The translations under genes were made by a program, and so were the position numbers. From NCBI GenBank assembly GCA_044892505.1, contig CM097882.1:282100001-282164000 (forward strand): DNA of 64,000 nt. The letters run 5' to 3'. The stretch's first letter is position 1, and the number at the start of each line of letters is the position of its first letter. Below, piece after piece: positions 52,491 through 63,233 of this stretch. Origin of the DNA: Schmidtea nova (Eukaryota). The notes beneath the pieces are model-generated. The model was not told where the DNA came from and ran no database searches. It saw only the letters and a program-made list of their open reading frames with translations.

Positions 52491-53735
52491 CTCTACAACG
52501 ATTAATACGCATTAGTTCCATCATGATCTCCCTTCACGTCAACTTTCGGAAATACCTCAGCTCACCCTGTATCTTGCTGGCGCACTGACTACCTTTGGAC
52601 ACAACATTCAATCATCTCAATCGTCCCTTCATTCATACCACATTATATCACCCGGTCAACATTTCGTCACGCATTCCATTGAACATCCTGTTTCCCACTT
52701 TACCATTCGTCTCGTCGTTATGCTTTCGCACTCACCATCGTCACAACATCATCTCCTCATTGTATTAATGCTAATCGTTATGCCTTCAAACATCGTTCAT
52801 GCCGTGCTGATTGTTTTGTTATTAGTTGTGATGAAACTTTATTTCGGTATCGATCTATCAAAACTCAATTCAGGCATTCGTTCGCAATTCGTACCACATC
52901 ACCAGCAATCATATTCAATCATGTCTCCTCACATGTATTTTGAGTATGTACTCATTTCTGTCAAGAACGTAATTCACTTGGTCTTTGTGTAGAAATCAGC
53001 ATTAGAACGTTTTCTGCTAGTTGTATCTCTGGTGCGTGTGATTCTAACCTCTGCATGCAAAGAATCGTTACTATCCCTACCTGGAACTCATGCTCCTCAC
53101 CGATGCTCTCAGTAGATTCAACATTCATCTTCAATCATCTCTATGAGCATCCCTCCCATATCGTTTAGTCGCATTGATCTACGCCGCATCAGTCAACCCC
53201 GGTAAGGTGCTGTCTGAGAGGCCCAAATCTCCTGTCAGGTACGATGACTTTCGGGATGTCCTATTCATTTTAGTTATCATGAGGGTTTAATATGAAATCA
53301 CAATAATAAACACTTACACACCTTTATTACCAATCCTTCAATAGGTTTACAATTTACTTCCAAGTTTGATACAAAATAACTTTCAAGGTTCAGATCGTTG
53401 TCAATAAAAATTACCACTTGGTAAAAATGACTGACTGCACTGAATTTGGCTGCCGTATTTATACTTGTTTTTGCCGCCGGCCAACCAATCAGATTTCAGG
53501 GTGTGTGTGAGTTTGTCATTGATTTCATTTTCAATACCCACCATTACGTTTTTAATCTGATGAGTTTGTCTGTCGATGCGTAACATTTTTTCACTAATAT
53601 TTATTTTAGTTTTGTTGTATTCTTTGCACCGCTCACCCCCGCGTTGTTATCTTAAGTAACTTAGTGTTTCACTTGTCAGATTTATGTCATTTGTCTATCT
53701 GGTTACTTCTCGGGTGTTCTACTCTCGTCTCAGCC

Positions 53736-54041
53736 ATGCTCGGCAATTTTGTTTTGCATGGTTGGTTTTGTGCTGGTAAGTTTTATTACTCACCATTATT
53801 AATGTTATTTTATTTCAGGCTTTACTGCTCTCCAATTTATCGGTGGTAATTTTATTACTGTCGGTACATTTGATTGCTGACATATTTTTGACAGCTCTCA
53901 TTATCGTTCTGTTGGTTGCTATCTATTTCGTTCCGGTTCGGTGGTAAGTTATGTATTTTATTACCGCTTTATTATTACGTAATTTGTTTCAGGCTCGTTA
54001 CATTTACTGCGTTCTGCTTGTTATTGATGTACCGGTTGTAA
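53736..54041 (+). CDS. Four-exon micro-gene encoding a 54-aa highly hydrophobic peptide, antisense to the retroelement
   Basis: Exons 53736-53775, 53819-53845, 53895-53943 and 53993-54041. Introns of 43, 49 and 49 nt have GTAAGT/GTAATT donors and TTTCAG/GACAG acceptors. Spliced frame: MLGNFVLHGWFCAGFTALQFIGALIIVLLVAIYFVPVRWLVTFTAFCLLLMYRL*. CCAATCAG upstream at 53485. Confidence 0.55.
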
Positions 54042-54486
54042 TTTAGATTTTTCTTTATTTATTTGTTTTTAATATTTATTTTCTTGTTTTTAAATTGATT
54101 TGCCTGGCCCAACATCACTGGGGGTCCCCTTAAAGTTGCGTCCCTCAATTACATACATGCACTTACGTCAAAATACATAAAAAGTTCGTGACAGAGTTCA
54201 CATGCAAAACCACATAAGGTGGTTTTGATATTTCTCCAGTTGATATTTCTCTATCAGTCGTTCGCGTTGTCGTACTTCGTAAAACTGACATGCCATCACG
54301 TCGTTTAATTCTATGGTTCTTCGTTCTAATTCCCCTTCGCATTTCCTTTTGATTTCTCTTTCTACTGCTTCTTGTTCGGTTATTGATTCGTTTCTCGATT
54401 CCTCGTCCGTTATAAGTTCGTTTACGTTTTCCATTATTGACGATTTTTACACTTTATTTACAGGGTCATTCACTCCACTACTCCAA

Positions 54487-55890
54487 TTATCCTTTCGTTG
54501 ACTTCTTATTCAACATTGTCGTGCTTGTTTTCTTTTCGACCTCCAACTCCACATATAGGATGTCGTCGTACAACATTTCCCATTTTTTACTTTGTACGGT
54601 GAATTTTGGTTCTCCTGTTGACAATGAACATTTTGTGGTTGGTCTTTTGTAAGCTTCGTGCTTCCCATTGATTTTGAATATTCTCACTATCGTTTCTCTC
54701 GAGTTTTTGATCTTCAACGTCGTCCTTGCTTTTAATGGCCATTCCAATATGTCGTCGTATCCACCTTTGCACAACGCAAAGAATAATGACACATGCGTTT
54801 CTTTTCCTGGTCCATCTCTATTTGGATAAATTCTCATTCTGACTTTGTATCCATTTTTCCACAGATAGAATGGTGGACTTGTCACTGACATTTGTCTTCC
54901 TGTTTATGCTGCTGTGAACTTATCATTGAAGTTCGTGATTTTCCACACGTATGGTGCAACAGGTAGGCTTTTTATGTCTTTCACATATCGAATCCATATC
55001 CAATGTCGTACATTTTCCCTTTGCCAAGTTCTCTATGACTGTGATTTTCTCCATCATTTTCTCTCTGGTGAGCTCGAATTGCTCTCTGGTTTCCAGCAAT
55101 AGTTCCGTCATTATCCTTTGGGATTCTATTTCCTTTTCCAACTTCTGTATTGTTTGTTCCATTTTGCTCACATTCTCTGTCAACATCTCCACGTGTTGTA
55201 CAGTTTCCGTTTCTAAATGTTCTTTCATCTCTTTGCTTGTTTTCTTTACTTAGCATCCCTGTTTACTCCATACACACTTTCTTGGTTTCGATTCACACTG
55301 CTCCCAAAGTTTTCCGTAGTATCACTTCCTCTGGGATTCCACAAATGTTTGGACATCTACCTCTGAATTTTTCACACACCTTCTCTCCTGATACGTTGAG
55401 GTGCTCTGTTTTGATTATTTCTCTCATTTCTCTTTATTCGCAATGTTGACACTCTACTATTTCTGCCTTGCACTCCTTCTTGTGATTTTCCAACTGTTTG
55501 ATGGTTGTCGTCTGTTGACATTTTTCGCATATTGTTTTCTTGTTCTCGCATTTCTCCAGATGTTGTCTCAATTCGATTATTTGTCCCTTCCATTCGCATG
55601 GTTGATTTATAAACTTCGTTTTTATCTTCCAGATCTCCTTTTGGATTGCTTTGTCTGGTTTCATTTCATTGATCAGTAGTTTATCGTCAAATTCTGGACA
55701 CTTCCTTGTCCCACCTTTATTGATTATTTGCAATATACATTTTGTGCACATTCTGCATCCACACTCTGCTTGTCTCGGCTTCAACAACAAGTTTTTACAC
55801 TTTACACATATTACGGTTAATCCCAATTGTCGATTCTCTCTACGCAAACTTTCGATTGTTTGGTAATCTGCTTCACTTTCTGCTCTTATT
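54487..55890 (-). pseudogene. Intronless TRAF-like coding region (RING, TRAF Zn fingers, coiled coil, MATH), interrupted by stops and frameshifts
   Basis: CVKCKNLLLKPRQAECGCRMCTKC; CEWKGQIIELRQHLEKC; CVWSKQGC..EMKEHLE..QHVEML; PYVWKITNF; SPPFY..GYKVRMRIYPNRDG.GKETHVSLFFAL.KG.YD.IL.WP. Confidence 0.9.
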
Positions 55891-56621
55891 CTACAATTTT
55901 AATTCTACAATGATATTTACATCAAGCTTTCATATTTCTGATTTTTCTGGTTTCGTTTTATACACATATATACAATTTCCCGCTTTATTTCACTACACAT
56001 CTTCAGTCGAGCCTGGCTCTGGATATACGTCTATCTCATTTACAATCCAGTTTGTCCAACTATCTGGTATCTCTTCCACTTCTTGTATCGTTAGCCGATT
56101 AATCTCTTCTGCTTGCCAGTCGTTTACTTCTTTTAGCATCTGATTTTCATTCTGTAATTCATTTATCTGCTGTTGTTGAATCTCAATTTTGTTCATCGCT
56201 TCAAAATTGCAGTTGTAACTCTCGGTTAGTAATTGCGTCTTCACCGTCAATTGGCTTCGTAATTCATTTACAGTTCTGGCTAGCATGTCACATTGCACTT
56301 TCTATCTAGTCATCATGGATATTTCTGAAGTTTCTTGGTTCATCGTTTTTCTGGATTATATGCATCATTCTCTTTTTCTCGTTTTTACGTTTTATAATAT
56401 TTATACCCATACGTATACGGTTATGCATTGATTTTTACATTACTATTTACACGCATATTCCTCCCTCTATACAACTGTTACTGGTTTTCCTTCATAACGC
56501 TTCTCGTCTTCGATTTGTTCCCACATTTCTTTGCATTTCGATCTTCTTCTAAGTTCTTCTCGTACTTTCTTTGGTAGCTCCATGCTGTAATTCATGACCT
56601 TTACATCTGGCCATTGCACTG

Positions 56622-58400
56622 TTATAGTCTAATTCTCATGCCATACATCCAACATACTACCATAATCGTTATTAGTGGTATACACGCTATGAATACTCCC
56701 ATGCTAATCAATCCCATTACTCTTTTGCCAATACTCATTTCTTTTGTTTTGCTTTGATTTATCATTACACCATATTGACTTTTCCATTCAACTTTCCATT
56801 GTTCGTATAGTTGCTGTCTCTGTCTGATTTCTTCGATCACTTTCTCAGGTTTCCATCTTTCTTGACGATTTGGTATTGTTTCTTCGGTCTCTATTCGTTC
56901 TCTCATCTGACTCAATTCTCTGAATTCTAGTCTTCTGATTCTTCCTTTTATCATCGTATTTCTTGACGTATAATAGGTTTCGAACTTTTCTTGTTGGTTT
57001 CCTTGTGCATCTACTGCTTCTATTGCACAGACTTCGTATTCTGCATTTGTTTTTAACTTCTCCATTTTGACTTCTATAATTCCTTCTTTTCCGCTTCTCG
57101 TTGTCCTCTGACAATTTCTTGGAGACTTTCCCACGTTATTTGGCATTAGTTGCCAATATATTTCTAAGACTTTCTTATGGATCTTCCATATTATCAGAGT
57201 TGTCGATTCTGGTTTAACTTCTTTTTCCGTTGTTACCTCATTCATCGTTGTCTGTTGAGTTCGTTAGTTACTAGTTATAGTAGTCCTTCTTGACTCCTTT
57301 CTTTTCGGTGGACTTCTCATTTCAATTATTCTCGTTCCGTTGATTCTCTCTGGTGTCTTGTACAATTTGCACTCTAGGCTTCTTTGTATTATTTCTCTTC
57401 TTCTTCTGATTACACAAATTTCGTATGTCTGTCCGACTTCGAATCCGTCTAGTTGAAATGGGATTCCTGGTTCTCTCGTTTTACATTGTGGTATTATGCC
57501 GCTGGTTGATAGTCCGATATATTTTCTCCAACACATTCCTATCGTCCTTGGGCTGACGTTTTTTATTTCTACTGTCACTACTTCGTTTGCTCTCGCTTCT
57601 TTGTTTTGCTTCTGTCTTTTCGGAAACTCGATTGTCTCCTTTGGTTTAAACACTTTACACTCGCTCGTTCCTGGTCTGTTTCCGTTTGTTGCCTTTTCCA
57701 CGAGACATAGTTCACATACTTTATCATCTCCATTTCGGTTATTTCGATCGCTTTATTTGTCTCTGCCTTTCGACTTTCTTTAGTTTCGCTGAACCCAATT
57801 ACTTCATTGTTTCTTCCCCAACATCTTCCGTCCGTTGTTCGTTTGTCTTTGATGTTAACAAACGTCATCACGCTGATATCTATTTCTTTCTCGATCCTCT
57901 TAATTAGGATTAGTATTAATGCTACGCATATCAATTCTGGTTGAAATGTTAAATTCCCCGCTGGACTTTTAGCTGCCCTTTCTTTCTCTGTTTGGTTTCC
58001 GGTTACCTCTTCCGCTTCGATTTGATTCGTTCGTCTTTCTGGTTCTACTTCTGTTTTTTTCGTTGTCTCTTTATTTCTTTTCCCAATGCCGTTTTGTATT
58101 TTCAGCGCTCTCGTTGCTTTGTACAATTGACATGCCGTTACTTGAGGTGCTTTTGGTTTTCCTCTCTGATTTACTGCGCATATTATGTATGACTTTTCTT
58201 TCTCCAATCCTTTGATTTGGATGACGTCTCGTTTCAAATCAGACAATATACACTTCAGCGGTTCTTTCTTCTTCATATTCTCTTTCCAGCATATTCGTTC
58301 GCGCATTTCATCTCTTCTGATGATTTCCAACTTGGCATATTGTTTCTCTGCTTCGCCTTGTCCGATGAGTGTTATTAATTTTGCGAGGCATAACATTTCT
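56622..58400 (-). pseudogene. Four FN3-like modules followed by a transmembrane helix
   Basis: Repeated motif: IKGLEKEKSYIICAV; ITEMEMIKY(E)LCLV (frameshifted); LDGFEVGQTYEICVI; MEKLKTNAEYEVCAI. Hydrophobic GLISMGVFIACIPLITIMVVCWMYGM near 56640-56718. Confidence 0.55.
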
Positions 58401-59512
58401 GGTCTTAAAAGTAGACTCCCTGTTCGTTTCCCATAGTTTGTGCATTCATCCTTTGTTCTATAGTTTGCTCGTTCCTCGGCTTCTCCTTTCTTGTCGTTTC
58501 TCGTTGGTTTCTGTTCTTCTAGATTTTCTTTTTTATCGTATTCTGTTTTTCCTTTATCGTTGTCTCCGCCGTTATTCTTGTCGTCGTCATTTTTATCGCC
58601 ACCTTTGTCGTCGTAATCTCTGTAACCACCCCCTGGTCCTTTCAAAATGTCGTCCTCGACATTGATCTCTTTTATCATTCTTTCATACACTTGAAGTGCG
58701 AGTGTGCTAAACTCAAATTCTCGTATTTCTGTGTCTTTGGGTGGTTCTGTATTCTCTCGTTTACATTGCTTGATTGTTTCTGTAGCATTTGCCCATGAAT
58801 TTATATACATTCTGAATAAGTCCATCCATCTTCCTGTTCGTTCATGTTCCTTTGTATTATTCGTAAATCTCAGATCACTTCTTTTCATGAACTCCTCTAC
58901 TATCTCTGACTTTTTGTGTCTTAGTAACGTGCTTCTGATACACCAATTCTGATTTTGTTCCATATGGCCATTAATCTTGAATACCGGTTTTTTTGTGACT
59001 GGATTTATCCATGTCAACAACGCTGTTGTATTCTCGAGGTCGTGTATCATCACCACTAGACTGAATTTTCCCCCGTTATTTGCCAGATATTCGATCTCAT
59101 CTTGCTTCTTGATTGATTTTATGAAGTTTATCATTTCGAAGTTATTCCACTGTATCGCTATATCCAAGATGGAGTTATTCTTCCCATTCTTTCCTTCGAC
59201 CTTGGCTCCTGCTTTGTATAATTTATTCAACACTTTCCGCTTCGTCTTTTTCCTTGCTGCAATTATCATAATCGTATCTCCGTTGTCATCAGTCGTATTC
59301 ATATCTGCTTCACATTTGACTATTATTTTCGCAACTTCTATAGCCTCATTGTCTTTCTTTCGACGTAATGCCCAGTGTATCGGCAATCTTCCATCTTTTG
59401 GTAGTAGAACTTCCACTGGCATTTGACTTTTGATCGTTGTTATATCGCTTTCGTTATATTCTCCTTGTGCATATATGTGCACTTTCTCTGTAATTGATCC
59501 CAATATCTCCAA
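57578..59512 (-). pseudogene. Ankyrin-repeat cluster 2 and downstream cargo (644-aa segment of polyprotein)
   Basis: DGRLPIHWA..; ADMNTTDDNGDTIMIIAA; GAKVEGKNGKNNSILDIA. Confidence 0.8.
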
Positions 59513-59796
59513 AGAGTTTTTATTCTACTTGAATTCTGGTATACTTTCTTGTGCCTTTGCCACTATTGCTTCTAATTTCTCTTGATAATCCGCTTTTGCA
59601 TTAAACAACACTGCTTTGCTCCTAATTCGTGTTTGCATCTGTTTCATTCGCTGATCCTGATATACTGCTTGTCTGAAGAATTGTCCGTATTTCAATGCTT
59701 TCACCAGATCCTTGTATCGTTGGCGTATTTTTTATGTTTCTTTTGGATATCGTAGAAATGTTCGAAACTCATATCCGGATTCCACTGTTTGTCGTA

Positions 59797-60924
59797 CTAT
59801 TTCTTGATTAATCCGAATAATTCCTTCTTCCTGTCTTCCAGTCTGTATTCTTTAGGGTTTTCACTGACTCGTAATATATCTCTTGATATCAAGACCGCGA
59901 GTGTTTTTGGATCATATGGTACTTCTAGTAGATGTTTCAGTAACGCATTTTCTTCATACGTAAACACTTCGTTACAATCTACTACCCATGAGTCTCCTTC
60001 CGGTCGTTTCCACTTCAACAACATTCTCCAGGTTTTACTGTTGCTTACGCTGATTGCTTGTCTCATGATTGGACCTCTGGATAATTCATCGATCTCCCAC
60101 GTGGCATTTTTCGTGATATACTTAAGTATTCGGTGATTTGCTCTATCGATTGCATGAATAAAGAACGTTCGTCCTTCTTTATCTCTCGTTGTCCAATTTG
60201 ATCTGGTGTTCCCAAATAATTCGACTATTTCCTTGTTTCTCCCGTGAATCGTTATCATCATGAGTGGGGTAATTCCTTCCCAATTTACTTTGTCGATTTC
60301 TCCTCCACCTTCGAGTGTTATCTCGATGATTTCTTTTACTTTTTCGTTTCCGCTGTGCTTGATTGCGTTATGCAGCACTGTGTTACCGTCTTTATCCTGT
60401 AGACTCAATGTTTGTGGGATCTCTTCTAGAAGCGTTCTTGTCATTGGATGCGCTGATCTGTCTTTCGCATATTCCATTACGTTTTTCCGCACTTCTGTCA
60501 GTAGGTCGAAATCATGCCACCATTTCCATTCCGGTACTATCTCTCTGGTCTTCTTTGCCAGTTCCTTGATATCTACTGTTTTTCTTCGGTTGTCTTCTAA
60601 ACTTGTTTGCGGCTTTTGTTGTACTCGCAACATATTAATTCTTGCCGTTTGTGATCTCGTCATCACTCGTTTCTCTGGTAGTAAAGTTGCGGTCTTTGGT
60701 ATTTTCTTGCATCGACATGCGTTTACATAAATTGGTCTCACCAATGAATTGTTTACTAGTCTCACCCGTACATTATTCTCGTTGACCGTTGTTATTTCGT
60801 ACGGCCCTTTGCCTGGTCGTTGCAGTTTCTTGACTGTACCGGGTATTATTTCCGGTGTCTCAATTATCACCCAATCTCCAATTTTTAGCTCAAGTGCCTT
60901 CACATTTCTCTTCTGATCATGCAA
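59797..60924 (-). pseudogene. Integrase C-terminus (GPY) fused to ankyrin-repeat cluster 1
   Basis: LKIGDWV..KKLQRPGKGPYEI, then DKDGNTVLHNA, NWEGITPLMM, DKEGRTFFIHA. In frame with integrase ORF 60979-61392 across a single TAA. Confidence 0.85.
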
Positions 60925-60978
60925 GTCCTTGTAACTCTCTTGGTAGAATTTGATATTGAGTTCTGCCGTTTTCCAGAT

Positions 60979-62141
60979 TTATTGCATTCTTTCTTTGAAC
61001 TTTGTAACATAATCGTCAACCTCCATGTAATGCGATAATGGCGGTTGGTATTCCAAGTCAATTGGTAGGTTGCAATCTCTTCCGTACATTAATCGGAATG
61101 GACTTAGCTTCGCCGCCGCATGTATTGACATTCGATATGCCATTAAACACAAGTTAATATATTCGTCCCAGTTTGTTTGATGTCTACTCACATAATTTGA
61201 TAGCATGCGTATCAATGTTCCATTGAACCTTTCTGTTTGACCGTTCGTTTGTTGATGGTATGGGGATGTTCGCAATTTCACAATTCGGAAGTAATTCGTA
61301 ACTTCATCCAATATCTTACTCATGAAATTCGTTCCTTGATCCGTTAGGATTTTCTTTGGTGTTCCGTATCTGCAGCATATCTCTTCCACCAATATTCTCG
61401 CGACTGTTTTTGCTTTTTAGTCTGGTATTGCGAATGCTTCTGGGAACTTCGTCAGATAGTCCGTGACTACTAATATGTACTGATTTCCTTTTAGACTTTC
61501 TGGTAATGGTCCAACTACATCCATCGCTATCGTCTACATTGGTTCTGCATTGATTGGCATTGGCTTTAATGGTGTTTTCCACTTCGTTCCGGTGTTTTTT
61601 CTTGTCGCACAGATTAGGTAATTCTTTATCCACTCCTTTACGTCATCTTCCATGGTTGGCCAAAAATACTTTGTCTTAGTCTCACGATTGTCTTTTTTGC
61701 TGACATATGTCCACCTAATTTTCCGTCGTGGTACTGAGTCATGATCTCTTTTCTTCTATTTGCAGGTAAGCACATCAATCTCCGTTCTCCATTCTGTATT
61801 AACAACCATCCTTTTTCCATCACGTATCTGTGTTGATACTTCTGCATATGTTCGCGTAATACTTGGTTCTTGCTGAATATTTCCATATCCTTTTACTTGA
61901 TGATCAGTCCCAACTCGCCATCTTCAAGTTGATCTTTCTTTAGCTCTTTGAAGTCCAAATCTTCGACTATTAGCACGCATATCTTGGGAGCATCCAGATT
62001 TACCAACTCTGGGAATGTGAATCTTGACATGCAATCTGCGTTTGCGTTCGCTTTTCCTGCTTTGAACTTTATGAATGGCGAGTATTCTTGTAATTGCATC
62101 GCCCAACGCATCAATCTACTTGATGATGCTGGTTCTACCCC
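60979..62141 (-). pseudogene. Gypsy pol remnant: RNase H end plus integrase
   Basis: ORFs 61893-62207 (retroelement part up to about 62141), 61638-61886 and 60979-61392 carry canonical Gypsy RH and IN motifs with stops and frameshifts. Confidence 0.92.
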
Positions 62142-62647
62142 AAAAGGCAAACAGACAAAAGGCCGACACGAACACAAGGCCGACAGACAAAAGGCCGACA
62201 CGGACAAAAGGCAGACAAATAAAAGAACACTTGTAATAGCAAAAACTATTAAATAAAATCGGGGGATTCCTGGAAAATCTTTGATTTAGAATTTGATTTA
62301 GAGAATTCTAAATCAAAAACTTTCCAGGAATCCCCCGATTTTATTTAATAGTTTTTGCTATTACAACTGGGTTTTTTTGTTAAAAAAATGGGTTTTTGTT
62401 AAAGAGGTAATTATTATTTTAATTAGTTTAATGAAACGAAACATATATTTATATTTATTTATTTATTTTCCTTCATGGAATAGCTCACAATTTAAATTAT
62501 TTCTAATTTGTAATTAAATTTTTTATAGAACAAAGTATTTATAGCTAATTTTTATTTATTTTTTTTTATCCGTAAATATTCTGCCTTTTGTCCGTGTCGG
62601 CCTTTTGTCCATGTCGGCCTTTTGACCATGACGGCCTTTAATCCGTA
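62141..62647. mobile_element. MITE/foldback element with 15-bp tandem units (GGACAAAAGGCCGAC) as inverted ends, enclosing a hairpin; abuts the truncated pol
   Basis: Left array 62141-62214 and right reverse array 62579-62647. Internal hairpin at 62231-62366 with about 63-bp arms. Confidence 0.8.
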
Positions 62648-63233
62648 TACGTTGTAATTTCTTAATACTCATTTTATTGTTTTTATCTGAGAAAACTAAA
62701 GATTATCGATAATGCTATATATTTTTTTGGGTTATTATTATTATTATTATTAATATTATTGGCGGACACAGGATAACCCGGCCTTTTATTATTATTTTCA
62801 TGTTGGCAAATATGCCTGTAAAATGATTTTAAAAATAATAAATTAGAAATCATAAAAAAATTCAAAATTGAAATTATAATAAAATCAATCGTGATTTTAT
62901 TATTTAGATATGAATTTATAGTTGAATGGGAATGTGATTGTTTTTTTGTATCTAAAACAGTAAATAATGATAAAACAATAAGAATTACAGGTTTCTATTC
63001 TAGAAAGAATAAAGATTCCTATAATATGTAGTAAAACTCAGTAAGATGGTTTAGTTGAAAGGATATGCCAATTTTAAAAGAAAATCAATAAAATATTATT
63101 GTTGATCAAGTCTAAATCGGCTGATCAAGTTCAATATTCAGAATGTTATGTACGGGTGAGCTAAAGTTAAATTTTCTATAAAAGTTTATTGATTTTTTAT
63201 AATTTTTAGATTTCAATTCAGAAACTGTAGTTC

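Larger units (their letters stand above)
50288..54117 (-). mobile_element. Putative 3' LTR / terminal region of the giant Gypsy element (boundaries uncertain)
   Basis: Minus strand reads GAGGGACGCAACTTTAAGGGGACCCCCAG then TGATGTTG at 54117, a Gypsy-like PPT-LTR junction. A possible CAACA end lies at 50288. 13-bp direct repeats at 51079-51117. No second LTR in the window to confirm. Confidence 0.4.
54198..62141 (-). mobile_element. Decayed giant Ty3/Gypsy LTR retrotransposon, 5'-truncated, with long cargo-bearing polyprotein
   Basis: RNase H end (RLMRWAMQLQEY..ANANADCMSR), integrase H2C2 (HDGKLGGH), catalytic MDVVGP / TDQGTNF / NGQTERFN and the GPY motif. Co-oriented, A-rich ORF segments then continue to 54198. 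Confidence 0.9.

Noticed and set aside
54119-54136. TGGGGGTCC as a tRNA-Pro primer-binding site of a plus-strand element
   Set aside because: Only 6 nt match the TGGGGGCTCG-type PBS, and all pol motifs are on the minus strand, which favours a PPT-side junction.
56622-57245. Classical retroviral/errantivirus env
   Set aside because: No furin site plus fusion peptide pattern was recognised; the repeats look FN3-like instead.
51245-62256. Numerous plus-strand ORFs over the retroelement
   Set aside because: Antisense shadows of the A-rich minus-strand coding sequence with no motifs. The spliced 53736-54041 model is treated separately.
62900-63160. Short motifs resembling integrase (GLVER) or Polinton (EWECD)
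   Set aside because: Isolated 5-residue matches with surrounding stops; likely chance.
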